Of a DNA stretch of 64,000 nucleotides, positions 38,229 to 48,907 are shown piece after piece. Position numbers and translations under genes: made by a program. Source of the stretch: Roseiflexaceae bacterium (GTDB taxonomy: Bacteria; Chloroflexota; Chloroflexia; Chloroflexales; Roseiflexaceae); contig JBBAWW010000001.1 of the NCBI GenBank assembly GCA_040397035.1, forward strand, positions 16,960 through 80,959. The letters run 5' to 3'. The first letter of the stretch is position 1, and every line of letters starts with the position of its first letter. The notes beneath the pieces are model-generated. The model saw nothing but the letters and a program-made list of their open reading frames with translations, made no database searches and had not been told where the DNA came from.

Positions 38229-38652
38229 GCTGGCTGGGTAAGGCTAGTATAGGCCGCGAAATTGTCCAAAATCGCTTGCCAGCCAACGCGTTGCATATCG
38301 ACAGGATTTGTTTGTTCGGCTTCAAATTGCTCAATGACGGTAGTTTCGGCGCCATTGGCCACAAATTGGATGCTGACCTTGCGATCATCGCCGAGGGTAT
38401 AGGCGAGTTCTGTGGGAGGATAAAGGTCGTATATGTCCCCCCAAAATCAAAGCCAAAACTACCGTTTTTGGCTTCCATACGCGATGAAAACGTGCCGCCG
38501 ACCTGCAAATCAACGGTCGAATGAGGCGTATGCCAGTCCGGTGAGGCGGCATTCCACTCGGTGATGTGCGTGGGTGTGGTCCAACATTCCCAGACATGGG
38601 TGATTGGTGCGGCAATGGTGGTTTGGACGGTGATAATCGTTGCAGCAGTCAT
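38225..38652 (-). pseudogene. SRPBCC/AHSA1-family protein with a single frameshift
   Basis: The N-terminal ~70 aa (APITHVWECWTTP...FGFDFGGTY) are family-like. The rest of the track ORF is not. The alternative frame gives ...LYPPTELAYTLGDDRKVSIQFVANGAETTVIEQFEAEQTNPVDMQRVGWQAILDNFAAY, ending at TAA 38225..38227. The shift lies within ~38415..38442, which includes a C6/G6 run. Confidence 0.6.
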
Positions 38653-38894
38653 TTCTTCCCTCGATACAACAATAAAACGCTGTAATTATACAATTGTGGC
38701 GTCATTTATGCGAGGACTAGTGAAGCCCAGCCTACCACCTACATTGCCTTATTTTCAAAACGACATTAGGGATGTAATGTTGCTTTGAAGTGAAAAACAG
38801 GCCAAAAGTGGGAGATTACTCCTGAGGGTGGCTACGTTCACTAGCGCACAATATTCTCGTGTTATGATACAACAAATAATTGCAGGAGCGAATT

Positions 38895-39026
38895 ATGCGA
38901 CACCTCAAACGAATGATTTTTATCATGTTACTGTTGGCCAGCCTCATGACCATCAGTGCCTGTGGGAGCAGCAATCAAGCCTACCCCAACCCCGACGAAT
39001 ATCCGTATCCCTATAGTACTCCCTAA
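38895..39026 (+). CDS. small lipoprotein (43 aa), below the ORF-track cutoff
   Basis: Hand translation gives MRHLKRMIFIMLLLASLMTISACGSSNQAYPNPDEYPYPYSTP. It has a GCAGGAG SD, a signal peptide with lipobox ISAC, and a stop 1 nt before the next ATG. Confidence 0.5.
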   Translation: MRHLKRMIFIMLLLASLMTISACGSSNQAYPNPDEYPYPYSTP

Positions 39027-39027
39027 T

Positions 39028-39492
39028 ATGCGGACGTTGTACCTCATCTTGCTCGTGTGGGGGCTGTGTGCCAGTTGTAGCACGCCACCCCCTACGCCAA
39101 TCAGCACAACCGCTGTACCCCAAGGCACGCTCAGTGGTTGTGGAGTGCCGATGCAGTTGGACATCATGTCCACGCCGGCCTTGCGTAGCCGTGGCTTGAT
39201 GGAACGCCAGACACTGCCCGATCACTACGGTATGCTGTTTGTCTTCCCCGCGCCCACCACACCCAGTTTTTGGATGCACAATACCCCAACAGCTCTCGAT
39301 ATTGTTTGGCTGAGTGACGACGGCACGATTTTGGCCATTGAGTCCATGACTCCCAACACAGACGACAGTCATACCGCCCCGCAACCCGTACGCTATGCCC
39401 TCGAGGTGGCGCACGGCTATTTTGCGCAACAATCAGTGCAGGTTGGCCAACAATGCACCCTTACCATCCCAGCCGATTTGGTTATCGAGTAG
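39028..39492 (+). CDS. DUF192-domain lipoprotein
   Basis: Start at ATG 39028 gives MRTLYLILLVWGLCASCS (lipobox). The DUF192-like core reads RSRGLMERQTLPDHYGMLFVF...FWMHNTPTALDIVWL. Confidence 0.65.
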   Translation: MRTLYLILLVWGLCASCSTPPPTPISTTAVPQGTLSGCGVPMQLDIMSTPALRSRGLMERQTLPDHYGMLFVFPAPTTPSFWMHNTPTALDIVWLSDDGTILAIESMTPNTDDSHTAPQPVRYALEVAHGYFAQQSVQVGQQCTLTIPADLVIE

Positions 39493-40018
39493 GCTGATAG
39501 TGCCAGCAGGCGGTGGTTTGGCGTTCGTGATCACTCACATCGCGCAAAAACTCCCCGGGTACAAAGCCAAATTTGCGTACACTGGCCTGTGACGCGAGGT
39601 TGTGATGGCCAATCAAGGCATATATGGTGGTCACACCGAGCTGCGTGGCGCACAACGGCAAGAGTGCGCTGAGCATTTCAGTGGCGTATCCATTGCGCCA
39701 ATGCGCCTTCCAGACGTCATAGCCGATCTCGACGTGCTTGGCTTCGGCATTGTAGAAATGGTACCCACAGGTGCCGATAAACTCCTCTGTGTCGTGTGTA
39801 AAGACGGCGTAACGCAGATAGCGCGGTTGCCGCATGTCGGCATAGTGGCTGATAATATCGGCTGCTTCGGCCATACTACACGGAGGATCGCTGAAGAACG
39901 CACACATATCAGGATCCGAAAACTGCCGGTAGATTACGTCAACATCACTGGATTGTAATCCACGCCAGCGCAGACGTGGACTGCGAAGTGTGGCAGGGAA
40001 CAAGTGCGTATCTGTCAT
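39482..40018 (-). CDS. GNAT N-acetyltransferase (RimJ/RimL-like)
   Basis: Start at ATG 40018 (AGGAG SD). Contains HWRNGYATEMLSALL and a GNAT fold-like sequence. Confidence 0.7.
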   Translation of the reverse strand: MTDTHLFPATLRSPRLRWRGLQSSDVDVIYRQFSDPDMCAFFSDPPCSMAEAADIISHYADMRQPRYLRYAVFTHDTEEFIGTCGYHFYNAEAKHVEIGYDVWKAHWRNGYATEMLSALLPLCATQLGVTTIYALIGHHNLASQASVRKFGFVPGEFLRDVSDHERQTTACWHYQPTR

Positions 40019-40080
40019 GAGGCGACTCCTATAAAAATCTCCCGTATCATACCGTTTATCCCGTAGAAAGTACACCCACT

Positions 40081-42126
40081 ATGACGAGCCCGAATCGACT
40101 TATCAATGAGCAATCACCATATTTGCTCCAACACGCCCACAATCCCGTCGATTGGTATCCGTGGGGCACTGAGGCATTACACCGGGCCAAATCCGAACAA
40201 AAACCGATTTTGTTGAGTGTGGGTTATTCAGCTTGCCACTGGTGCCATGTGATGGAACACGAATCATTCAGTGATGTCACCATTGCTACCCTGATGAATG
40301 CCCATTTTGTCTGTATCAAAGTCGACCGCGAAGAGCGTCCCGACATCGATGCCATCTATATGGCGGCGGTGCAACGCATGACGGGGCAAGGGGGCTGGCC
40401 AATGACGCTGTTTCTCACCCCAGAAGGGGAGCCGTTCTATGGCGGTACCTACTACCCACCCCACGATCGTGGCCAATTCCCTGGATTTACGCGGGTGTTG
40501 CAAAGTGTACATACGGCGTGGGTCGATCGACCAGAGCAATTACGCACTGCCGCTAGCCAATTGCGCGACGAACTAGTGCAATTGCTCAAACCTCATGGTA
40601 GTAACGATGCATTGTCCGTCCAATCACTCACTACCATTCTGCCAACGCTCCAACAAGACTTCGACAGCACGCATGGTGGCTTTGGCGGTGCACCCAAATT
40701 CCCCCCAGCCATGGTGATTAGTTTTTTATTGCGGCACTATCAACGCACCCAAAGCGCTGATGCGTTGACGATGGCAGAAGTGACCCTTGCCGGGATGGTT
40801 GCAGGGGGGATGTATGACCACGTGGGTGGTGGCTTTGCCCGCTATAGTGTCGATGATCATTGGGAAATTCCCCATTTCGAAAAAATGTTGTACGACAATG
40901 CCTTGTTACTCACCGCCTATAGCGAAGCGTTTCAGGTGACTCGCAACCACCACTATGCCCAGACCTGCCACGAAATCGTGACCTGGCTCAGTCGCGAAAT
41001 GATTCATCCCGACGGTGGCTTCTTTTCGGCCCTCGATGCCGATAGCGAGGGCGAAGAAGGGCGCTATTACGCCTGGAGTGCGAGCGAACTCGACGCATTG
41101 CTCGGGAGTGATGCAGCCCTCTTTCGCACCGCAATGCGGGCAGATCAAACACCGAATTTTGAAGGAACATACATCTTGCATCGCCGTAGCAACGAAACGG
41201 CTTTCTGTGGTGCACTAGGGATTACGCCGGCAATGTTGGCAGAGTGCATCGAACGGTGCGTCGCCAAACTGCTCAGCGTGCGTCAGACCCGCGTCGCCCC
41301 GCAGCGTGACGACAAAATCATTGTGGCGTGGAACGGGCTGATGATTCGGGCACTCGCCCAAGCAGGCCGAATCCTCGGCAAGCCAGAGTGGATTGCCCGT
41401 GCGACCAAGGCTTTTGACTTTATATGCACCCAGATGATGCCCAATGGCCAATTGGTACGCATCTGGAAGGATGGGGTGTGCGGTAATACTCCCGCATTTC
41501 TCGATGATTATGCAGCGCTGGCCAATGCAGCCCTTGAACTCTATACGTCAAGTGCCAACCCGTCACACCTCCAATTTGCCACACAGACGGCCAACATCAT
41601 CTTGCAACGGTTTTATGATGCCGAGACGCAGATTGTCTATGACACATCAGACACCCACGAACAATTAATCGTGCGCCCCAATGACCGCACTGATAATGCG
41701 GTCCCTAGTGGTAATGCACTAACGATTGACCTATTGCTCCGCCTTGATGCCATCGTCAGTGAACCATATTTCACGTTGGTAGCAGAACAATTACTCGGAC
41801 ACTCCGCTACATTGATGCAACGGTGGCCGCAAGGCTTCGGCAAAACACTGAGTGGCCTCGAGTGGTTTACCAACCCAGTGGTGCAAATTGTAGTGGCCGG
41901 TACCGCCGGGAAATTGCTCACCCACACTATGGCAGCGATGCCATTGGATGCAGTAGTGGTATATGCACAGGGAAATGCGCACCTTTCATTATGTCAAAAC
42001 AAAACCGCCATAAATGGCGGTGAAACACTTTATATTTGTGTGAACAATCATTGTGAGTTGCCGGTGTGCGATGACGCAACGTTGCAGTTGCAACTCGCAC
42101 GTATCTTTGCTACACAAAGGCTCTGA
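40081..42126 (+). CDS. thioredoxin-domain (DUF255) / six-hairpin glycosidase-like protein, YyaL/SPATA20 family
   Basis: 681 aa. N-terminus [25 protein letters not shown]...[11 protein letters not shown] is diagnostic of DUF255. Confidence 0.85.
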   Translation: MTSPNRLINEQSPYLLQHAHNPVDWYPWGTEALHRAKSEQKPILLSVGYSACHWCHVMEHESFSDVTIATLMNAHFVCIKVDREERPDIDAIYMAAVQRMTGQGGWPMTLFLTPEGEPFYGGTYYPPHDRGQFPGFTRVLQSVHTAWVDRPEQLRTAASQLRDELVQLLKPHGSNDALSVQSLTTILPTLQQDFDSTHGGFGGAPKFPPAMVISFLLRHYQRTQSADALTMAEVTLAGMVAGGMYDHVGGGFARYSVDDHWEIPHFEKMLYDNALLLTAYSEAFQVTRNHHYAQTCHEIVTWLSREMIHPDGGFFSALDADSEGEEGRYYAWSASELDALLGSDAALFRTAMRADQTPNFEGTYILHRRSNETAFCGALGITPAMLAECIERCVAKLLSVRQTRVAPQRDDKIIVAWNGLMIRALAQAGRILGKPEWIARATKAFDFICTQMMPNGQLVRIWKDGVCGNTPAFLDDYAALANAALELYTSSANPSHLQFATQTANIILQRFYDAETQIVYDTSDTHEQLIVRPNDRTDNAVPSGNALTIDLLLRLDAIVSEPYFTLVAEQLLGHSATLMQRWPQGFGKTLSGLEWFTNPVVQIVVAGTAGKLLTHTMAAMPLDAVVVYAQGNAHLSLCQNKTAINGGETLYICVNNHCELPVCDDATLQLQLARIFATQRL

Positions 42127-42745
42127 TGGCAGTCTCAGCATCGGGGAAGCAATAATCCACGTAGTCAGGAACGGGCGTGCCAAATTGATGCGGGATGTAG
42201 ACAGTGGTCATCCCAAGTGATTTGGCGGGCCCTAGATTATGTAATGTATCTTCAAAAAACACGGTGCCCGTTACAGGACAGTCGATTGTCTGTAGGGCAA
42301 TCTGGTAGGCCGCTGGGTGCGGCTTTGGTAAAAAATTGAGCATCCGAATATCAATAATTGGCATTTTTAGGTGGGTGAGCCCAAGTGCATCAATGGCTCG
42401 TTCGGCATGTTCACGGGGAGAATTGGTGAAAATCGCCATCGGTACGGAAATAGTTTCCATCAATTCAACCAGTGCCGGGTTTGGTTTGACGAAATGTGGC
42501 ATATCGAAATCGTGGACGGTGTGCAAGTATGTTTCGATATCAACATGATGATGGAGTTGCAATCCCCGCAACGTCGTGCCATAGGTGACAAAGTAGTGTT
42601 GCCGTAGCGCAACTGCTTCTGGGTGGGGCAATCCACTCACCTGTTGCACATATGCATTCATGCGATCTTCCAGCGCTTCGGTTACCCCTGCATGGGCTGG
42701 ATAGAGCGTGTTGTCGAGGTCAAACAAAAAAGCTCGTGCGCGCAT
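42110..42745 (-). CDS. HAD-superfamily hydrolase (pyrimidine 5'-nucleotidase-like)
   Basis: Start at ATG 42745. Motif [11 protein letters not shown] and a later FFEDTLHNL. Confidence 0.75.
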   Translation of the reverse strand: MRARAFLFDLDNTLYPAHAGVTEALEDRMNAYVQQVSGLPHPEAVALRQHYFVTYGTTLRGLQLHHHVDIETYLHTVHDFDMPHFVKPNPALVELMETISVPMAIFTNSPREHAERAIDALGLTHLKMPIIDIRMLNFLPKPHPAAYQIALQTIDCPVTGTVFFEDTLHNLGPAKSLGMTTVYIPHQFGTPVPDYVDYCFPDAETAIRAFV

Positions 42746-42809
42746 TGGGGTTACTTTTCTGTGCGCCGTGGGAATCCCACGGCGCAGCATCGGATTGCGT
42801 AGATGCGGG

Positions 42810-43793
42810 CTACTTGCCTACCACGAAACTCACGTCGTACGCTGTTGTGACATCAAGATCTTGTTTGAGCACCGCAACAGAACGCAATAACTCATGCGTT
42901 TTTACCCATTGAGCCGGTTGAATCAGCCCGAACGTCGTTGTATTGGCTTGCCACATAGCAACAGTCGCCTTGAGGACATCGGTGATTACTGCTTGGTCAC
43001 TAGTTTTGGCTTCTGGAATGTATTTGAGTGACGTAGTATAGGCAGCGGTGGGATCATCGCTGACAGCCTGCATCCCTTTTTGTAACGCACGGGTGAATTT
43101 CGTCACCACATCTTTTTCACCGCTAATCAATGATTCATTGACAATCAGTTGATCTGAGGCCATGGGGTAAAAGTCTGCGACGCGCAACACATTGACCGCC
43201 GTCCCTTGGGCGGCGAGTTGGATTGGCTCATTGTTGGCATAGCCGCTAATGATTTGGACTTTGTCTGACAACAACGCCGGCACTTGGCTGAAGCCGATTT
43301 CTTGGATGGTTACATCCGCTTCGGTCAAACCACCAGCATACAAGAGTGCTTGCAGACCAATATAACTTGCCCCAAATCGGCCCGGAATCCCGATGACTTT
43401 GCCTTTGAGGTCGGCGGGCGTGGCGAGTGGGAGTGTCGATTTGCTCATAAACGCCACAGGGAATTCTTGTGAGGTTGTCATGACTGATTTAATCGGCAAG
43501 CCTTGGGCGCGGGCTAACAAAATCGAATCAGCGCTAGCCAAGGCAAACTCGATTTTGTTTTTGGTGGCAATCCGTTGCACGACGTCGTTTTCGAAATTAT
43601 AGTCAAAGGTGACATCGAGGCCTTCATCGGCAAAATACCCTTTTTCTGCAGCCACATAAAAATGCGCAAATTGCACATTTGGAATATACGGCATCCCAAC
43701 AATGATGGCACGACGTGCCGCAGGTGCAGTCTGACCCGCACAGGCAACTAACACGAATAATGCAACACAGATACTTACAAGTCGCCGAATCAT
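42810..43793 (-). CDS. ABC substrate-binding lipoprotein, NMT1/THI5-SsuA-like
   Basis: MIRRLVSICVALFVLVACAG (lipobox). NMT1-like sequence follows (PNVQFAHFYVAAEKGYFADEGL). Confidence 0.7.
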   Translation of the reverse strand: MIRRLVSICVALFVLVACAGQTAPAARRAIIVGMPYIPNVQFAHFYVAAEKGYFADEGLDVTFDYNFENDVVQRIATKNKIEFALASADSILLARAQGLPIKSVMTTSQEFPVAFMSKSTLPLATPADLKGKVIGIPGRFGASYIGLQALLYAGGLTEADVTIQEIGFSQVPALLSDKVQIISGYANNEPIQLAAQGTAVNVLRVADFYPMASDQLIVNESLISGEKDVVTKFTRALQKGMQAVSDDPTAAYTTSLKYIPEAKTSDQAVITDVLKATVAMWQANTTTFGLIQPAQWVKTHELLRSVAVLKQDLDVTTAYDVSFVVGK

Positions 43794-43892
43794 GCTATTC
43801 TCCACTACAAACTATTAACCAAGAGGTATTATACCAATTTTCCGTTTTAATACACATTATTTGTACATGATTTGTACTGTAAATAGAGACGT

Positions 43893-44630
43893 TCACATTA
43901 TGTAACGCAACACACGTCGTTCGATCAATGTCAAAAATGCCGTCAGTCCGAGTGTAATCGTAATCAACCAGACAATGGCGACAAAGACCAGCGGCGTATC
44001 AAACAAACCACGGGCAATATTTATCAGGGCACCGAGGCCATCACGACCACCAAGATACTCACCGACGACGGCACCGGTGGTGGCGAGCACGATGCTGGTG
44101 CGTAAACCACTAAACATGACGGGTAAGGTGAGCGGGAATTCAACAAACCAGACTCGTTGCGACCGTGATGCCCCAAACAATACGGCAACTTCACGGAGGT
44201 CAGGTTGGATGAGTTGCAATCCGGTATAGGTCGCTGAAAAAACCGGGAAGAAGGTGATGAGGATGGCCACCACTGTGCGCGCCCAAAACACATCATTGAT
44301 CCAAATCAAAATGAGTGGTGCAATTGCCAGGATGGGAATCGATTGGCTGGCCGTCAAGAACCAATTCAATCCCGCGTTAATATGCGGGAATTGGTAAAAA
44401 AGCCACCCAACCAGTGCCCCAAGCAGATAGGCGATAATCACCCCCGTCAACGCCACGCTCGTTGTCGCTTGGACATGATGCCAGAGTTGCGGTGATTGAA
44501 ATTCACTCACAAAGCGAAGCGCGATCACACTGGGTGCGGGCAATAAATAACGAGGGATTTGCAGGCTCGACACCAGCAATTCCCACGTTATAAAAAAGAG
44601 TCCCATTACGGTCAGTCGCGTGGTGGTCAT
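43893..44630 (-). CDS. ABC permease (SsuC/TauC-like, BPD_transp_1)
   Basis: Start at ATG 44630. Six TM segments and an EAA-like loop (LFGASRSQRVWFVEFPLTLP). No cognate ATPase lies adjacent. Confidence 0.75.
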   Translation of the reverse strand: MTTTRLTVMGLFFITWELLVSSLQIPRYLLPAPSVIALRFVSEFQSPQLWHHVQATTSVALTGVIIAYLLGALVGWLFYQFPHINAGLNWFLTASQSIPILAIAPLILIWINDVFWARTVVAILITFFPVFSATYTGLQLIQPDLREVAVLFGASRSQRVWFVEFPLTLPVMFSGLRTSIVLATTGAVVGEYLGGRDGLGALINIARGLFDTPLVFVAIVWLITITLGLTAFLTLIERRVLRYIM

Positions 44631-44646
44631 GCAACCCGTGTTTCTG

Positions 44647-45453
44647 TTAGAGCGACTTCGTTGTGTGGTTTGTGGGACCAAAGATACGTTCACGCAAGAC
44701 ACGAATCGGGAATCGCACCACCGCTGTGAAAATGCGATTGATGCGTTGGGGCTGTACAATCAAGCGAAACAGCCATTTCAGTCCCAATTTATGCATCCAC
44801 AACGGTGCTAAAGGAACGATACCTGCGATTTCATCAAAGGTACCGCCAATCCCAATCGCCACGGGTACATTGAGGAAGGGTTGATTGCGGGCAATCCACA
44901 TATCCTGGGCTGGGTGGCCATAGGCCACGAGCAGAATATCCGGGTTCGCATCGCTAATTTGTGAACGGACATATGGTTCTTCGATTAGACTCGGAGACCC
45001 AGCATAACAGCCAGCCACTTGCAATCCAGCGTAGCGGTGGCGGAGCGTTTGGGCAGCTTTTTCCGCAACACCAGGGGCAGAGCCGAGGAAGAATATCCGC
45101 CAGCCACGAATCACCGATTGTTTGGCCAAGCGTTCAACCAGTGCCACCCCTGTGACACGTTCACGAATCGGTAACCCTTTGAGCACCCGAGAGGCCCACA
45201 AGATCCCGATGCCATCAGGGGTGGCGAGTGAGGCACTATTGAGTACTTTCCGGACTTGGGAATCACGGAGTGCTTCCATCACAAATTCAGGGTTAATCGT
45301 TACCACTTGATGAACGCCCCCATTGCGAATCAGCCCATCAATAACGCGCACCGCCTCATCTTCGGTGACATCATCGACAGTTACCCCCAATATTGACACC
45401 CGTTGTGGGATTAACGGAATTATGACTGAATGTGATTTACGGCTTGCGGTCAT
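44647..45453 (-). CDS. WecB/TagA/CpsF-family glycosyltransferase
   Basis: 268 aa, family-like (LGVTVDDVT...VVTINPEFVMEA...ATPDGIGILWASR...FFLGSAPGVAEKAA). It starts 1 nt after the leuB stop. Confidence 0.8.
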   Translation of the reverse strand: MTASRKSHSVIIPLIPQRVSILGVTVDDVTEDEAVRVIDGLIRNGGVHQVVTINPEFVMEALRDSQVRKVLNSASLATPDGIGILWASRVLKGLPIRERVTGVALVERLAKQSVIRGWRIFFLGSAPGVAEKAAQTLRHRYAGLQVAGCYAGSPSLIEEPYVRSQISDANPDILLVAYGHPAQDMWIARNQPFLNVPVAIGIGGTFDEIAGIVPLAPLWMHKLGLKWLFRLIVQPQRINRIFTAVVRFPIRVLRERIFGPTNHTTKSL

Positions 45454-45454
45454 A

Positions 45455-46549
45455 TTAGGCTACCTGAATCCGATCCACAATCGCAGCCCCAACAATATCG
45501 GTATGCGACGTCGTTTCACCTAGGGCGGCTACGTCTTTTGTTACAATCCCTGCATCAAGGGTGGCATAGACCGCACGTTCCACTGCTTGGGCTTCGGCTT
45601 CGAGGTTGAGTGAATAGCGCAACAACATCGCCACGCTCAAAATCGTTGCCATAGGGTTGGCGATCCCTTTGCCGGCGATATCGGGAGCAGAGCCATGGAT
45701 TGGCTCATATAGTCCCATGCGGGTTGGCCCCGTACTTTCGGCACCGAGTGAGGCCGAAGGCAGCATGCCCATTGAGCCGGCCAGCATTGATGCTTCGTCG
45801 GTCAAAATATCTCCGAACATGTTTTCAGTGACAATGACATCGAAATCAGCGGGACGGCGAATCAAGTGCATGGCACAGGAATCGACCAGCATATGTTCGA
45901 GTGACACATCAGGGAATTCGGCTTGCATGATGCGTGTCGCAGTACTGCGCCACAAGCGTGATGTTTCGAGCACGTTGGCTTTATCGACGGATACCAGTTT
46001 CTTTTTGCGGCCACGGGCAGTGACGGCAGCAGTGCGAATAATCCGCTCGATTTCGCCAGTGGTATAGACGCAAGTATCGATGGCTTGTTCACCAGTCGCA
46101 TGGAGCTCACGCTTTTTTTCACCGAAATAAATCCCACCGGTTAATTCGCGTACCACCACCATATCGACGCCGTGCAATAAATCGGCACGCAATGGTGAGG
46201 CAGCAATCAAACGGGGATGGATGGTGACGGGGCGTAGATTGGCATACAAGCCTAATGCTTTGCGGATACCGAGCAGTCCTTGTTCGGGACGTACCTTGGC
46301 CGCAGGGTTATCCCATTTGGGACCACCCACGGCACCGAGCAGTACCGCGTCAGATGCCTGACAGGCAATCAAGGTAGCCTCAGGCAACGCAGTAGCGGTG
46401 GCGTCGATTGCACAGCCACCGAGGAGGGCAGTATTAATGGTAAATGTGTGGCCAAACACGGCTGCAACACGGTTTAATACGGCAACCCCTTGGGCAACGA
46501 CATCGGGGCCGATTCCATCACCAGGTAAAGTGGTAATTGTGGCGTGCAT
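45455..46549 (-). CDS. leuB: 3-isopropylmalate dehydrogenase
   Basis: 364 aa with [22 protein letters not shown] and [10 protein letters not shown] motifs. Confidence 0.92.
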   Translation of the reverse strand: MHATITTLPGDGIGPDVVAQGVAVLNRVAAVFGHTFTINTALLGGCAIDATATALPEATLIACQASDAVLLGAVGGPKWDNPAAKVRPEQGLLGIRKALGLYANLRPVTIHPRLIAASPLRADLLHGVDMVVVRELTGGIYFGEKKRELHATGEQAIDTCVYTTGEIERIIRTAAVTARGRKKKLVSVDKANVLETSRLWRSTATRIMQAEFPDVSLEHMLVDSCAMHLIRRPADFDVIVTENMFGDILTDEASMLAGSMGMLPSASLGAESTGPTRMGLYEPIHGSAPDIAGKGIANPMATILSVAMLLRYSLNLEAEAQAVERAVYATLDAGIVTKDVAALGETTSHTDIVGAAIVDRIQVA

Positions 46550-47175
46550 TATAAACCTACCGTATCTACGCGAGTGGCGTGGGTCTGTTCATAGGCACTG
46601 ATATCGCTGTCGGCATTGGCCAAAAATCCAAGTTGGTCGACACCATTCACCACACAATATTTGGCAAATGGTTCAACGGGAAACCACATCGTACTGCCGT
46701 CGGGTAAAGTAACCGTTTGGCTGACCAAATCAACCGACAGGGTGGCGTGACCTGGGTTAGGCGCATCGCTGGCAGCCAGGAGCTGATACGTTTCGGGTGA
46801 AATCACAATCGGCAACAAGCCGTTTTTGAGGGAATTGTTTTGAAAAATATCGGCAAAGTAGGTGCTCAACACCGCTTTGAAGCCAAAGCCTTGGAGTGCC
46901 CACGGTGCATGTTCGCGTGACGAACCACAGCCAAAGTTGGTACCAGCAACGAGGACTTCGACCCCTTTAGTGAAGGGCTTGTTCAACAAAAACTCGGGTT
47001 TGGGTTGACCATTGCCGTCATAGCGCCAGTCAGAGAACAGATTATCGCCCAAGCCGACTTTGTCGGTGGTTTTGAGGAAGCGGGCCGGGATGATTTGGTC
47101 GGTATCGACGTTTTCCATCGCGAGCACGGCATAGCGTGCAGTATACGGAATAAATTTATTCAACGGAAGCCTCAT
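46549..47175 (-). CDS. leuD: 3-isopropylmalate dehydratase small subunit
   Basis: 208 aa with [15 protein letters not shown] and [17 protein letters not shown] motifs. Its stop overlaps the leuB start. Confidence 0.9.
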   Translation of the reverse strand: MRLPLNKFIPYTARYAVLAMENVDTDQIIPARFLKTTDKVGLGDNLFSDWRYDGNGQPKPEFLLNKPFTKGVEVLVAGTNFGCGSSREHAPWALQGFGFKAVLSTYFADIFQNNSLKNGLLPIVISPETYQLLAASDAPNPGHATLSVDLVSQTVTLPDGSTMWFPVEPFAKYCVVNGVDQLGFLANADSDISAYEQTHATRVDTVGL

Positions 47176-47422
47176 TCTGATTCATGGAGGGAGCGAGATC
47201 CATCAAGGTGCGATGACGCACGGCATCACCAACCACACTAATTCCGCTATTGACAATAACTAACCCAATCGTGCCCCACCAAAACCACGGCTTTCCATGG
47301 CTTTTTTGGCTAATGGCATGGCCAGTCACACTCAGACCGAGCCCCACGAGGAGTAACCCAAGCGGGGCTTTTTTGGCCCACTGTAGGTAATGGTGATTAT
47401 CCCAAGATTTCACGGGGGTCAC
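47156..47422 (-). CDS. small two-TM membrane protein encoded between leuC and leuD
   Basis: 88-aa ORF filling the 221-nt leuC-leuD gap. Two hydrophobic helices ([18 protein letters not shown]; [18 protein letters not shown]). It overlaps the leuC end by 26 nt and the leuD start by 20 nt. Confidence 0.45.
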   Translation of the reverse strand: MTPVKSWDNHHYLQWAKKAPLGLLLVGLGLSVTGHAISQKSHGKPWFWWGTIGLVIVNSGISVVGDAVRHRTLMDLAPSMNQNEASVE

Positions 47423-48824
47423 AAATTACTCCTGCAATAGCGGTGGCAGCGGCAGTTAAGGGGCTCGCCAAAAAGGTTCGGCCACCCTTGCCTTGGCGCC
47501 CTTCGAAATTACGATTACTCGTGGAAACGGCATATTGACCAGGTTTGAGTTGATCACCATTCATGGCAATACACATCGAACATCCTGCTTCACGCCATTC
47601 GGCTCCAGCTGCCTTGAAGATTTCGTCAAGGCCTTCGGCTTCGGCTTGTTTTTTGACTTGCTGTGAGCCGGGGACCACCATCATGCGCACACCACTCGCC
47701 ACTTTGCGGTCTTGCATTACTTGAGCCGCCAAACGCAGGTCGGAAATACGTGAATTGGTGCAGCTACCAATAAAGACCACATCGACTTTTTTGCCGATCA
47801 ACGATTGGCCAGGTTCGAGGTCCATGTAGGCCAACGCTTTGGTAAGGCCAGCCCGGGCAGAGTCGTCAGCCATATCATCAGCGGTAGGGACATTGCCCGT
47901 GATGGGGATACCCATGCCCGGATTGGTGCCATAGGTAATCATCGGCGCTAATTCGTCGGCGTGGAGCGCGACTATTGCGTCATAAACGGCACCCTCATCC
48001 GACACGAGGGTTTGCCAATCAGCAACGGCGGCATCCCAGGCTGCGCCGTGGGGGGCACGCGGACGACCTTGGATGTAGTCAAACGTGGTTTTGTCGGGGG
48101 CGATGAGACCGGCCCGGGCGCCACCTTCGATCGACATGTTACATACGGTCATGCGTTCTTCCATGCTGAGCGCGCGAATGGCTTCGCCGGTATATTCGAG
48201 CACATAGCCGGTGCCGCCACCGACACCAATTTTGGCGATGATTGCGAGGATAATATCTTTGGCACCGACACCTTTGGAAAGGCGTCCATTGATGCGAATT
48301 TCCATAGTTTTGGGGCGGCTCTGGAGCAAACATTGGGTAGCAAGCACATATCCGACTTCGGACGTACCAATACCAAATGCCAATGCACCAAAGGCACCAT
48401 GCGTGCTGGTATGACTGTCACCACAGACGATGGTCATACCGGGTTGGGTTAATCCTTGCTCGGGTCCAATAACATGCACAATCCCTTGGTTTTCGCTCCC
48501 CAAGGCAAACAACGGGATACCAAAGTCACGACAATTTGATTCGAGTTGGGTGAGTTGGGCCTGCGCTTGAATATCGAGGACGGGGATGATGCCTTGCGCA
48601 TTGCGGGGAGTTGTGGGAGTTGAATGATCCATGGTAGCGATAGTTTGGCCCGGGCGCCGTACTGTCAAGCCCCGTTGGCGTAATTCAGTGAACGCTTGGG
48701 GGGAGGTGACTTCGTGCACCAAATGCAGGTCGATATACAACACTGCGGGGGTTTCACTCGTTTCGGGGCGCACTTGATGGCGATTCCAGATTTTTTCGAA
48801 TAATGTTTGTGGTGTGGTTGCCAT
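47397..48824 (-). CDS. leuC: 3-isopropylmalate dehydratase large subunit
   Basis: 475 aa with aconitase-family Fe-S motifs ([30 protein letters not shown]). Confidence 0.92.
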   Translation of the reverse strand: MATTPQTLFEKIWNRHQVRPETSETPAVLYIDLHLVHEVTSPQAFTELRQRGLTVRRPGQTIATMDHSTPTTPRNAQGIIPVLDIQAQAQLTQLESNCRDFGIPLFALGSENQGIVHVIGPEQGLTQPGMTIVCGDSHTSTHGAFGALAFGIGTSEVGYVLATQCLLQSRPKTMEIRINGRLSKGVGAKDIILAIIAKIGVGGGTGYVLEYTGEAIRALSMEERMTVCNMSIEGGARAGLIAPDKTTFDYIQGRPRAPHGAAWDAAVADWQTLVSDEGAVYDAIVALHADELAPMITYGTNPGMGIPITGNVPTADDMADDSARAGLTKALAYMDLEPGQSLIGKKVDVVFIGSCTNSRISDLRLAAQVMQDRKVASGVRMMVVPGSQQVKKQAEAEGLDEIFKAAGAEWREAGCSMCIAMNGDQLKPGQYAVSTSNRNFEGRQGKGGRTFLASPLTAAATAIAGVICDPREILG

Positions 48825-48907
48825 GCCAACTCCTCATACCTTCAATTGATGATTCATCACGGAGCCATTTATGTGGCGCTGTGTGTTCGCGGGGGCTATC
48901 CAACGCG

